From: an uncultured Gammaproteobacteria bacterium
Lineage (GTDB): Bacteria > Pseudomonadota > Gammaproteobacteria > Magnimaribacterales > D2472
Assembly: GCA_964014565.1 (NCBI GenBank)
Contig: CAXGZN010000003.1
Location: 1-44,132 of the forward strand
Length of the DNA: 44,132 bases
Direction: 5' to 3'
The notes under the pieces were generated by a model. That model ran no database searches and had not been told where the DNA came from. It was given only the letters and a program-made list of their open reading frames with translations. Of the stretch, positions 9,980-21,837 are shown in pieces (the first letter of the stretch is position 1; each line of letters opens with the position of its first letter). The translations under genes were made by a program, and so were the position numbers.

Positions 9980-11113
9980 TTATCTCTTTAGTGTTACAGA
10001 TGTCATTACTGCAAGAGCCTGCTCTTTACCGATTGTTCCAATTTTTTCCATAGTTGAGCCTTTCAAACCTATTTTACTTGAATCAATAGAAAAAATTTCA
10101 GATAAAGATTTTATGATCTGATTCCTAATTGGGCTAATTTTTGGGATTTCAGATATAACTGTGATATCAATATTATTTAGATGGTATCCCCTCTTTTTCA
10201 TCAAACCCAAGCAGTACGTAATTATTTCTTGGCTATCTAAATCTTTACTATTTGGGTCATCCTCTGGAAAAGCACTTCCAATATCGCCTTCAGATAATGC
10301 ACCTAAAATTGAGTCAGCTAAAGAATGTAAAATTACATCACCATCGGATATTGCTTCAATTCCGAATTCGAATGGGAATTTTACTCCACCAAAGACTATT
10401 GAATTTCCCTCACAAAATCTGTGTAAATCAAACCCATTGCCAATAAGAATATCCTCTTTTACTAGATCCTCTTGAAAAGTAATTTTTATATTTTTTTGCG
10501 ATCCCTCAATAAAATTTACACTGTATCCAGAGTTCTCCATTGCTGAGCTTTCATCAGTAGGATAAATGTTTTTCGAAGTTAGTACTTCAAGAGCATTCTT
10601 TAATTTATTAGATTCACAGATTTGAGGTGTTTGAACTAAAATAAAATTATCTCTTTCTTCAGCCTTACAAGACTCTCCCTCTAATCTTTTAATTGAATCT
10701 TTTGGCCTTATCCCATAAAAAATACAATCATAATCAGAGTCCAAGATAGATGCATATATCTTTTCTAAAGAATCAAGGTCAATATATGGCCTGACTCCAT
10801 CATGAGTCATTACATAGTCATATTTTTCAATATTTTCACTTCTAATTCCGTTGAGCACAGATTCTGACCTAGAATTTCCTCCACTTACAATAGAGAATCT
10901 TTCATCTAGTTTGATGCTTATTTTTTTTTGAAAACTTTCTGGATCTTTTACAACAACCACAATCTTTGAAGCAGGCTTAAACCTCATAAAGGTATCTAAA
11001 GTTGTTTCAATAACTGATAAATCTCCCAAACTAGCGTGCTGTTTTTCAATTTGTGACGAAAATCTATTACCAATTCCAGCACATGGAATAATTACCAAAA
11101 GATTGTTATTCAT
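9980..11113 (-). CDS. ispDF: Bifunctional IspD-IspF (MEP pathway)
   Basis: N-terminal IspD (AGIGNRF, HDGVRP, QTPQ, TDES, NIKIT) fused in frame to IspF (GFDLH, SDGDVILH, GDIG..FP). Start likely MNNNLL at 11113. Confidence 0.92.
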   Translation of the reverse strand: MNNNLLVIIPCAGIGNRFSSQIEKQHASLGDLSVIETTLDTFMRFKPASKIVVVVKDPESFQKKISIKLDERFSIVSGGNSRSESVLNGIRSENIEKYDYVMTHDGVRPYIDLDSLEKIYASILDSDYDCIFYGIRPKDSIKRLEGESCKAEERDNFILVQTPQICESNKLKNALEVLTSKNIYPTDESSAMENSGYSVNFIEGSQKNIKITFQEDLVKEDILIGNGFDLHRFCEGNSIVFGGVKFPFEFGIEAISDGDVILHSLADSILGALSEGDIGSAFPEDDPNSKDLDSQEIITYCLGLMKKRGYHLNNIDITVISEIPKISPIRNQIIKSLSEIFSIDSSKIGLKGSTMEKIGTIGKEQALAVMTSVTLKR

Positions 11114-11405
11114 TCTCATCCTCTTCTTCAAAAACTATGAACTCTTCATCAGGCATTGTGAGGTTAAATTTTTCACGAGCAATATTTTCAATATGCATAT
11201 TTGGGTTTTCTTGAGCTTGTTTAATGCTTTCAGATAACTTTTTATTTTCATCCATTAGTCTTTGATTTTCTTCTAGCAACTCTTTGTTTCTATCAACAAT
11301 CATATTTCTCTCGTTAATACCGCTTTCACTGAAAAATAAAGAATACAAAAGAGCTGCAATAAGAACGAAAAATAAAATAATAATTAAAGGCGCTAATCTC
11401 ATCAT
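11106..11405 (-). CDS. ftsB: Cell division protein FtsB
   Basis: N-terminal TM helix, coiled coil and IENIAREKFNL..PDEEF; lies between eno and ispD. Confidence 0.88.
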   Translation of the reverse strand: MMRLAPLIIILFFVLIAALLYSLFFSESGINERNMIVDRNKELLEENQRLMDENKKLSESIKQAQENPNMHIENIAREKFNLTMPDEEFIVFEEEDENE

Positions 11406-12676
11406 CAGCCATATGAAAAGCTATTTTTCTTGTCAATCCAATAAAGCCTATTATATTTTGCAACCCTTTCAGATCTGCATGGTGCTCCCGTTTTAATTTG
11501 ACCGGCTCCTGTTCCAACAGCCAGATCAGAAATTGATGAGTCCTCAGTCTCTCCAGATCTATGCGAAATAATATTTTGATAATCGTTATTTAAAGCAATA
11601 GAAATAGTTTCAAGTGTTTCTGATATTGTTCCAATTTGGTTGTATTTTATTAAAACCGAATTAGCTATCTCATCACTTATTCCTTTTTTGAGGACTTCAG
11701 GATTTGTAACAAAAAGATCATCGCCAACAAGCTGACATTTTGCTCCAATTTGTTTAGTAAGCAGTTTCCATCCCTCAAGATCATTTTCATCCATCCCATC
11801 TTCAATAGATATTATTGGGAAATCATTTGCCAAACCTTCTAAATATTCGGCAAATTCTGAACTAGTAAGCTCTCTATCTTCGCCCCTAAGATGATAAGCA
11901 CCATTTTCATAAAATTCACTTGCAGCACAATCTAAGGATATACAGATATCTGAGCCCAATTTAAGATCAGTTTTATCAACCGCTCTTGCTATTAACTCAA
12001 GAGCTTCTCTATTTGTTTTGAGATTTGGAGCAAACCCACCTTCATCACCTACAGCAGTTGATAAGCCTTTTTCTTTAAGAATAGATTTTAGATTCCAATA
12101 TATCTCAGAGGACCACTGCATAGCTTGCGAAAAATTAACGGCTCCTTTTGGAATAATCATGAATTCTTGTATATCAATATTGTTATCGGCATGCTCACCA
12201 CCGTTCAGAATATTTAGCATGGGTGTTGGAATAACTTGATCAATAGTTTTGCCCATTTTGTTAGCAAGCAAAATATTAAAATAATTATGTAAATCTAAAT
12301 TCTCTGATTTAGATGATGCTTTTGCAGAAGCTATTGATACAGAAAGAATTGCATTAGCACCAAGATTAGATTTATCACTTGTGCCATCCAAGTCATTTAA
12401 GATTTTATCGATATGTTCTTGGTCAAGTGGATTTTCTCCTATAAGGGAATTCTTTATGCGATCATTAACATTATCTATGGCTTTTGTTACGCCTTTACCA
12501 AGGAATGCCTGACCTCCATCTCGAAGCTCAAGAGCTTCTTTTTCACCAGTTGAAGCACCGCTAGGTACCATTGCAACTGATCTAGTGCCATCATCTAACA
12601 GTATTTCCGTAGAAATTGTGGGAAGTCCTCTTGAATCCAGAACTTGAATGGAGGTTAGATTTTCAATTCTTGGCAT
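11405..12676 (-). CDS. eno: Enolase
   Basis: VPSGASTG, VGDEGGFAP, SHRSGETED and GQIKTG motifs. Confidence 0.99.
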   Translation of the reverse strand: MPRIENLTSIQVLDSRGLPTISTEILLDDGTRSVAMVPSGASTGEKEALELRDGGQAFLGKGVTKAIDNVNDRIKNSLIGENPLDQEHIDKILNDLDGTSDKSNLGANAILSVSIASAKASSKSENLDLHNYFNILLANKMGKTIDQVIPTPMLNILNGGEHADNNIDIQEFMIIPKGAVNFSQAMQWSSEIYWNLKSILKEKGLSTAVGDEGGFAPNLKTNREALELIARAVDKTDLKLGSDICISLDCAASEFYENGAYHLRGEDRELTSSEFAEYLEGLANDFPIISIEDGMDENDLEGWKLLTKQIGAKCQLVGDDLFVTNPEVLKKGISDEIANSVLIKYNQIGTISETLETISIALNNDYQNIISHRSGETEDSSISDLAVGTGAGQIKTGAPCRSERVAKYNRLYWIDKKNSFSYG

Positions 12677-12677
12677 T

Positions 12678-15201
<2,524 letters not shown>

Positions 15202-15205
15202 TGCT

Positions 15206-16297
15206 TTATGGAGCTAACTCTGCAGTTTCTTTGAATAATGGTCTTGATAGATCAGCCCAATCAATGTCTGCATCGCTTGCATCATCTTCGTACTCAAGAA
15301 TACCAAGTTTCTCGAATTTTGGCCTGATTGAATCAGTTAGTAATCCAATTCTCTTCAGATTTGGCATAACTCTCTGAAATAGAAGTTTTTGGAATGTTTG
15401 CATTATTTCAGAGCTTAGCTGAAATTGTCTTGCATCTTCAACGTTCCAACCAAAGTGTTCATAGACTTCTATGGAAACAAGTCTTTCTTTGCTTAGGTAG
15501 CATGCCTCATAGGCAAACTGAGCTCGTTCCTCAATCTCTTTTTCAGATAAAGTCGTTACAAACTCTTCTAAATAATTAATGCCAAAAGTAACATGTCTTG
15601 CCTCATCTCGGATTATTAAATCAAGCATATCCTTTAAGACAGGATCTGGTGTTAAGTCCCTAGAGGTTCTAAAAGCTGCTAGTGCCAGTCCTTCGATAAT
15701 TAATTGCATACCAATGAACTTAAGATCCCATCTTGGATCTGTAAGGATTTTATCTAAAATTGATTTAAGGGCATTACCAATTGGATACATTAGCTCCATT
15801 CTTGATTGAACATATCTATTAAAGCTTTCCACATGTCTAGCTTCATCAAAAGTTTGTGAAGCTGCATAAAGCTTTGCATTATAAGTTGGTGCACAGCTAG
15901 TTAGCTGGGATGCTACAAGTAAAGCCCCTTGCTCACCATGCAGAAACTGGCTCATGCTCCATGCCTGTCTATGCCTAAGAAATCTCAACTTTTCTTTGTC
16001 TGACAATTTTATATAAGGCTCATAATCATCCCAAAAGATTGGTGGCGGCTCATCTAAATGAACCACGGGTCTATCCCAGTTAATATCCATATTAGAATTC
16101 CAGTTAAGCTCTTTGCCTAACTCATAAAGCTTTTTTATTCTGTTATCTTGGATTGTATAGTCCCAATTGTATGAACCCGTTAAAGGTGTATTAAAGATTT
16201 CAACAACATCAGTAACATCATTCTCTGACATATAGTCAGGTAAGTCGTCCGAGTCTATTACTTTTCTAGGTGTATTATTAAGATAATTAATTTTCAT
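15206..16297 (-). CDS. Ferritin-like diiron protein (AurF-like oxygenase family)
   Basis: Paired E...DEARH motifs: HGEQGAL/DEARHVE and IEGLALAAF/DEARHVTFG. Confidence 0.8.
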   Translation of the reverse strand: MKINYLNNTPRKVIDSDDLPDYMSENDVTDVVEIFNTPLTGSYNWDYTIQDNRIKKLYELGKELNWNSNMDINWDRPVVHLDEPPPIFWDDYEPYIKLSDKEKLRFLRHRQAWSMSQFLHGEQGALLVASQLTSCAPTYNAKLYAASQTFDEARHVESFNRYVQSRMELMYPIGNALKSILDKILTDPRWDLKFIGMQLIIEGLALAAFRTSRDLTPDPVLKDMLDLIIRDEARHVTFGINYLEEFVTTLSEKEIEERAQFAYEACYLSKERLVSIEVYEHFGWNVEDARQFQLSSEIMQTFQKLLFQRVMPNLKRIGLLTDSIRPKFEKLGILEYEDDASDADIDWADLSRPLFKETAELAP

Positions 16298-17350
16298 CTA
16301 AATTACTTTTACTTTTACTCTGCTACTGATTCTAGTCATAAGCTCATATGAAATCAATCCATTATTGTTTGAAAATTCATTGATTGGAAGTTCTTCAGAC
16401 CAGAATGAAACAAGGTCATTTTCTGAAACTTGAGGAAGATTTGTAACATCTATTGATACTAAATCCATACTCACCCTCCCAAAAATTTCTGCCTGTTTGT
16501 CATTTACCAGCACTTTGGTCCCATCAACTGTTGTCTGCGGGATTCCGTCAGCGTACCCAGCGTAAACTATTGCAATCCTCATATCCTTGGGTGCTTTCTT
16601 TCTTCCACCATATCCAACCCTTTCTCCTTTTCTTATATTTCTTATCGAAATTATTGGAGCTCTGAATGTCATTGCTGTTTTTAGATTTAAGTTTTTAAAT
16701 TCTCCACCGAAAGCAGCTATACCTGACCTAACCCAATCAAATGAAAGCTCAGGAAAATTTATTAAAGATGCGCTATTGCAAATACTTCTTTTTGTTTGCC
16801 TCTCAACTAAGTTAAAAGCTTTTTCAAAATTATTTATTTGTATCTTATTCATTGGATCATCTGGGTTATCTGCGCATGCCATATGTGTCATAAGTACAGA
16901 ATCTGACTTAATGATTCCCTTTTCATATACTGCTTTTAATTCTTCTTGAGAAAGCCCTAATCTATTCATTCCAGTATTTATCTTTATCCAAAGACCAAGC
17001 TCATTATCATTCTTGCCAACCAATTTAAATTGGTTCATATTGTGGATAACTACCTGTATATTTCTTTCTCTAGCTATATTAATTTCATGGTCTGCATAAA
17101 TGCCCTGCATTAGAAGAATAGGCTTGCTGGTAGCTTCTCGAACTAAAATAGCTTCTTCCATTCTAACTACGCCAAAAGCATCAACATAACTTTCAAGATT
17201 TTTTATGATCTCTCTTAAACCGTGCCCATATGCATTGCTTTTTACAATGAACATAAATTTTGACTCACTGCTTATTAGTGATTTTAGATTAGAAATATTG
17301 CTAATTATCTTAGAGCAATCAACAATTAGCTCAGCTGAGTGAGTTGTCAT
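16298..17350 (-). CDS. alr: Alanine racemase
   Basis: VKSNAYGHG (PLP Lys), KINTGMNRLG, VGYG, GYADG and GRVSMD motifs. Confidence 0.95.
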   Translation of the reverse strand: MTTHSAELIVDCSKIISNISNLKSLISSESKFMFIVKSNAYGHGLREIIKNLESYVDAFGVVRMEEAILVREATSKPILLMQGIYADHEINIARERNIQVVIHNMNQFKLVGKNDNELGLWIKINTGMNRLGLSQEELKAVYEKGIIKSDSVLMTHMACADNPDDPMNKIQINNFEKAFNLVERQTKRSICNSASLINFPELSFDWVRSGIAAFGGEFKNLNLKTAMTFRAPIISIRNIRKGERVGYGGRKKAPKDMRIAIVYAGYADGIPQTTVDGTKVLVNDKQAEIFGRVSMDLVSIDVTNLPQVSENDLVSFWSEELPINEFSNNNGLISYELMTRISSRVKVKVI

Positions 17351-18738
17351 TCAAACTTACTGTACAGACCCTCCTCTGGGAGCCGGTCATCAGGAACAAA
17401 GTCTTCAAATCTTGCATACTGTTTTAAGAAGGTTAGGTAAGTTTTTCCAATTGGGCCATTTCTTTGTTTTCCAATAATTATCTCAGCTTTATTACCCTGA
17501 TCAGTATCCTCATTGTAAACTTCGTCTCTATAAATAAATAAGATTACATCTGCATCTTGCTCAATTGCTCCTGAATCTCTTAAATCAGCCATCATCGGTC
17601 TTTTGTCTGTTCTTTGCTCAACTGCCCTGTTTAGCTGTGATAGTGCTATGACAGGAACATTTAACTCTTTAGCCAAAGACTTTAAAGATCTTGAGATCTC
17701 AGAAATTTGATTTACACGATTTTCTAAAGATCCTGGGACCTGCATTAACTGTAAATAATCTACTACAATTAGTGAAAGCCCATTTGGCTCTTGTCTATTT
17801 ATTCTTCTTGCTCTAGCTCTCAGCTCCATAGGTGAAAGCAGAGAACTATCATCAATGTATAGAGGAAGTTCACGCAACCTTTTGCTTTGTTCAACAACCT
17901 GAGTTACCTGTTTATTATCAAGCTTTCCCGATCGAACATCCTGTTGGTCTAGTCTTGACATTCCTGAAAGTAATCTAGTAGTTAATGATTCTGCGGGCAT
18001 CTCAAGACTAAAGACAAGGACTGCTCCTGTGTTTTCATCATTCTGGACTAAAACATTTTCAGCTATATTCATTGCAAATGCAGTTTTACCCATACTCGGT
18101 CTTCCTGCTACAACAATCAGATCTCCATCTTGTAGTCCCTGTAATTTATTATCTATTGCTTTAAAACCAGTTGAGCTACCCAAAAGTTGAGAGCCGCTTT
18201 CAGCCAACTGATGAAGCCTATCAATCGATTTTGGTATTAATTCCTTCATAGAAAGAATGCTTGATTGAGATCTGTTAGCTTCATCATTTAAAGAAAATAT
18301 TTTTCTTTCAGCTTCATCGAGAAGACTAAAACCATCCATTCCCTGAGGATTATTTATTAATTCGGCAATCTCAGAATTTGCTTTCATGAGTTGTCTTGCT
18401 ACAGATCTTTGTCTGATAATTTCGGCATATGCCTCGAGGTTCGCTGCAGTTGGAGTCTCGGTTGCTAAAGATATAAGATAATCTTTACCTCCAATCTTAT
18501 TAAGAAGATTCTTACTATCAAGCTTTTCAGAAACTGTAAGTGGATCAAGTGGCTTATTCTCATTAATAAGCTCTCCCATGCTCTCAAAAATTAATTGGTG
18601 ATCTTTGCCATGGAAATCTTTATCAGAAATTTTGAGAATAACTGAATCAAATCTTTCAGTTTCCAACATTAGGCCACCTAAGACTGCTTTCTCTGCCTCT
18701 CTTGCTTGTTGGTTAAAACTGTTAGTTATTTCTGACAT
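17347..18738 (-). CDS. dnaB: Replicative DNA helicase
   Basis: GRPSMGKT, VDYLQLM, LSQLNR and DLRDSGAIEQDAD motifs. Confidence 0.99.
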   Translation of the reverse strand: MSEITNSFNQQAREAEKAVLGGLMLETERFDSVILKISDKDFHGKDHQLIFESMGELINENKPLDPLTVSEKLDSKNLLNKIGGKDYLISLATETPTAANLEAYAEIIRQRSVARQLMKANSEIAELINNPQGMDGFSLLDEAERKIFSLNDEANRSQSSILSMKELIPKSIDRLHQLAESGSQLLGSSTGFKAIDNKLQGLQDGDLIVVAGRPSMGKTAFAMNIAENVLVQNDENTGAVLVFSLEMPAESLTTRLLSGMSRLDQQDVRSGKLDNKQVTQVVEQSKRLRELPLYIDDSSLLSPMELRARARRINRQEPNGLSLIVVDYLQLMQVPGSLENRVNQISEISRSLKSLAKELNVPVIALSQLNRAVEQRTDKRPMMADLRDSGAIEQDADVILFIYRDEVYNEDTDQGNKAEIIIGKQRNGPIGKTYLTFLKQYARFEDFVPDDRLPEEGLYSKFE

Positions 18739-18776
18739 GGGTTTATGATTTTTACATCATATTCAAAAATAAACAA

Positions 18777-19223
18777 CTACTCTGATTCTACTTTTACTAT
18801 GATTTCGGTTGAAACCTCTTGATGAAAGGATATTGTTACTGAATGCTCACCTATTTCCTTGATTGGACCCTCTGGAAGTTGAACCTGGCTCTTATCAATT
18901 TGAATATCTGATGACTGACATGCTTCTTCTATTTCTCTGGTTCCAATCGAGCCATACATAGAACCTTCTTCAGAAACAGCAACTTTGATTACTACTTCTT
19001 TGCCGGATATGGAATCTGCTGCCGCTTGGGCTTGAACTTTGAGATCTTCTGATTCTGCTGCTAATTCTGCTTTTCTTGCTTCAACTATCTTTATATTCTC
19101 TTCGTTAGCAAACATTGCTTTTTTTTGAGGTATTAAGTAATTCCTTGCAAATCCTGACTTCACATCAACAACATCTCCAATGTCACCAAGACGAATAATT
19201 TTATCTAATAATATAATTTTCAT
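18777..19223 (-). CDS. rplI: 50S ribosomal protein L9
   Basis: LGDIGDVVDVKSGFARNYLIP motif; operon position. Confidence 0.97.
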   Translation of the reverse strand: MKIILLDKIIRLGDIGDVVDVKSGFARNYLIPQKKAMFANEENIKIVEARKAELAAESEDLKVQAQAAADSISGKEVVIKVAVSEEGSMYGSIGTREIEEACQSSDIQIDKSQVQLPEGPIKEIGEHSVTISFHQEVSTEIIVKVESE

Positions 19224-19225
19224 TT

Positions 19226-19417
19226 TTATTTATGTGAATCTGTGTATGGCAATAGAGCCATATATCTCGCAACTTTGATTGCTTTTGTAATTTTCCTTTG
19301 CTGAGAAGAAGTTACTCCAGAAACTCTTCCAGGAACGATTTTTCCAGTTTCGGTTATATACCTCTTTAGTAAATCAATGTTCTTATAATTTATAAATTTT
19401 GAATCGAGATTACTCAT
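19226..19417 (-). CDS. rpsR: 30S ribosomal protein S18 (N-terminally shortened)
   Basis: [45 protein letters not shown]. Start 19417 has GAGGAG SD at 19425-19430. Confidence 0.95.
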   Translation of the reverse strand: MSNLDSKFINYKNIDLLKRYITETGKIVPGRVSGVTSSQQRKITKAIKVARYMALLPYTDSHK

Positions 19418-19910
19418 CTTTAGTCTCCTCATTTTGATTCTCAGCTTGTTTATCTTCAGTTACTTTTTCATCTTTGCTAACTTCATCAGCAGTTTCCTTT
19501 GCTTCATCTAATTTTTTGTCATCATCTTTTTTTATATCTTCTTTTTTGTCTTGTGATTTAGTGACTTTTTTAGGTTTATCCTCATCTTTTGCAGAGTCCT
19601 CTTTCAGGTCAGATTCAAAGTCTGGAACATTATTAATTTTTACGAATAAATGTCTAATTATCATATCGTTAAACTTTATCTTGTTCTCGATTTCAGACAC
19701 ATTTTCTGGGGTACCTTCTACATAATAGAAAAGATAGTGACCTTTGTTGTGGTCATCTATTGAGTAAGCAAGCTTTCTTCTTCCGACATCTTCAAGCCTA
19801 GATATAGAAAAATTATTATCTGATAATAGTTTTTCAAAACTAGTAAAAAACTTATCAATATCCTTTGAAAGGTCAGGATTTATTATTAAAGCTATTTCGT
19901 AATTCTGCAT
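19410..19910 (-). CDS. rpsF: 30S ribosomal protein S6 with long charged C-terminal tail
   Basis: [19 protein letters not shown] and IIRHL motifs, followed by a ~70-aa D/E/K-rich tail. Confidence 0.95.
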   Translation of the reverse strand: MQNYEIALIINPDLSKDIDKFFTSFEKLLSDNNFSISRLEDVGRRKLAYSIDDHNKGHYLFYYVEGTPENVSEIENKIKFNDMIIRHLFVKINNVPDFESDLKEDSAKDEDKPKKVTKSQDKKEDIKKDDDKKLDEAKETADEVSKDEKVTEDKQAENQNEETKDE

Positions 19911-19914
19911 TTTT

Positions 19915-19970
19915 ACCCTATGGTTATAAGACTTAACACTTATTTGCTAAATCAAGGTGAGTGAATTATA
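19915..19970 (-). promoter_or_regulatory. S6:S18-binding ribosomal protein leader plus -10 element
   Basis: Minus strand: TATAAT (19965-19970), then an ACCTT/AGGGT outer stem, an inner hairpin GATTTAGCA/TGTTAAGTC, and an unpaired CCA before the SD-side strand. This matches the CCR-bulge architecture. Confidence 0.65.
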
Positions 19971-19988
19971 TATAAAATTTGTTTCTAA

Positions 19989-21218
19989 TCAATAATTATT
20001 TTTAAGCCAACTCCAAGCTTTAGACACAAAGCTATCTCCTGAATTTGAAACAAGTCCGCTTTTAATTCTGTCATTACCATAAGCCAATAGACCTATTGAA
20101 GTTGCATATATTGGATTTCTGAGCACGTTTTCCATTCCTGAAAACTTCTCTGGAACTCCCAATCTAACACTTGTCTGAAAGATTGATTCTGCTAATTCAA
20201 CTACGCCCTCCATTTTTGAAGTTCCACCAGTTAAAACTATGCCAGCAGGAATCTTGTGTTCAAATCCATTTCTTTCAATCTCAGCTCTAATTAACTCAAA
20301 TAGCTCAACATATCTAGGCTCTATAATTTCTGCCAATGATCTTCTTGCCAACTCTCTTGGAGGCCTTCCTCCAACTCCCTGAACCTCTATCATGTCTTCG
20401 TCATTTGTAAATTCAGCAACTGCACATCCATATGTTTGTTTTATTTCTTCAGCTTGAGATGTTGGTGTTCTCAAAGCAACGGCAATATCGCTTGTTACTT
20501 GATCACCTGCAATTGGTATTACACCTGTAAAAATAATTGATCCAGAATTAAGAATTGCAATATCTGTAGTACCTCCTCCAATATCAACAATACAAACTCC
20601 TAAATCTTTTTCATCCTCAGTTAGAATTGAATATGAGCTTGCAAGTTGCTCTAATACAAATGCATTTGCATTCAAATCACAAGAACTAATACATTTCTCA
20701 ATATTTGAGATTGCATTTGATGCACATGTTACGAGGTGAACACTAGATTTTAATCTAACACCAGTCATGCCGATAGGTTCCTTTATTGAGTCTTGCTCAT
20801 CAATTGTATATTCCTGAGGTATAACATGAAGCATTGTCTGATCTGATGGAACAGCAACTGCTCTTGCAGATTCTATAACTGCATCCACATCAGATTGTTT
20901 TACTTCTTTGTCTTTTATACCAACTACACCCTCTGAGTTAAGGCTTTTTACATGATTTCCTGCTATTCCAACGAAAATATTTCTAATCTTTTCATCTATT
21001 AAAGATTGAGCCTGCTCAACAGCTTTCTCTATTGCATCTGTTGTTGCATCGATATTAACAACGACACCTTTTTTAAGACCACTTGATGGATATGTTCCTA
21101 ATGAAAGTATTTCTAGATTATCAGATGAATCATATCTGCCAACTAAACAAACAACTTTTGAAGTACCAATATCTAAACCAACTATAAGATCTTTATTTTT
21201 TGATTGATTATTTGTCAT
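19989..21218 (-). CDS. ftsA: Cell division protein FtsA
   Basis: GLDIGTSKV, VDIGGGTTD and VLTGG motifs; C-terminal amphipathic helix. Confidence 0.98.
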   Translation of the reverse strand: MTNNQSKNKDLIVGLDIGTSKVVCLVGRYDSSDNLEILSLGTYPSSGLKKGVVVNIDATTDAIEKAVEQAQSLIDEKIRNIFVGIAGNHVKSLNSEGVVGIKDKEVKQSDVDAVIESARAVAVPSDQTMLHVIPQEYTIDEQDSIKEPIGMTGVRLKSSVHLVTCASNAISNIEKCISSCDLNANAFVLEQLASSYSILTEDEKDLGVCIVDIGGGTTDIAILNSGSIIFTGVIPIAGDQVTSDIAVALRTPTSQAEEIKQTYGCAVAEFTNDEDMIEVQGVGGRPPRELARRSLAEIIEPRYVELFELIRAEIERNGFEHKIPAGIVLTGGTSKMEGVVELAESIFQTSVRLGVPEKFSGMENVLRNPIYATSIGLLAYGNDRIKSGLVSNSGDSFVSKAWSWLKNNY

Positions 21219-21837
21219 ATTTTAGAGAAATTCCTGCATTACTTCTTAAATCTACTATACTTGCATTTTTTCTTTTTGCGTATAAGTATTCTATAGTTTT
21301 TAAAAGATTTTCAAACTTGTAGCTATCTAAACTTTTACCCAACTTTGCCTCAAAATCTTCAAATTGGAATATCCATCCCTCGACTGAATTGTAGTTTATT
21401 GAAATTAGTTTGTTTCCAGCTAAATCAATCGGATACTTTACCCAGTTAAAAACTTCATAAAGCAGTGGCTCTGGACAATTAATCATAAGAATATTGTTAG
21501 ACAAGGAATTCTTATTTTTTGGGAAAATAACTAAATCTTTGTCTACAAAACTATCATTGTTCCAGACAAAAATAGGTTTTCTTGAATAGATTTTTAAAGA
21601 TGAGGGTTTGAAAAAGTTTCTTTTGATTTCATATCTTTCAATCCAATGCTTTTGATCTAATAAAGCTTTAATTGTTCTAATATTATTTTCATATTTTAAT
21701 TCTTGTATAACCTCAAGCATGTAATTTTCATCAAAGGTTTCAATAAAATTAATTTCAAATTCAGCAGAGTGCGAAGGAATAAAAAATAGGATTAAAACAC
21801 TTGCTAAAAAAGTTCTTTTCTTACTTTGCAATTTCAT
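21208..21837 (-). CDS. ftsQ: Divergent, shortened FtsQ
   Basis: Lies between ddl and ftsA; HWIERYEIKRNF (POTRA-like), P...WN, KLG and C-terminal VDLR motifs. Confidence 0.75.
   Translation of the reverse strand: MKLQSKKRTFLASVLILFFIPSHSAEFEINFIETFDENYMLEVIQELKYENNIRTIKALLDQKHWIERYEIKRNFFKPSSLKIYSRKPIFVWNNDSFVDKDLVIFPKNKNSLSNNILMINCPEPLLYEVFNWVKYPIDLAGNKLISINYNSVEGWIFQFEDFEAKLGKSLDSYKFENLLKTIEYLYAKRKNASIVDLRSNAGISLKYDK

Noticed and set aside
17347-18738. Inteins in DnaB (or RecA)
   Set aside because: Both proteins are of normal length with contiguous motifs.
19420-19600. Repeat-like DNA in the rpsF 3' region
   Set aside because: Explained by low-complexity D/E/K coding; no exact tandem unit.
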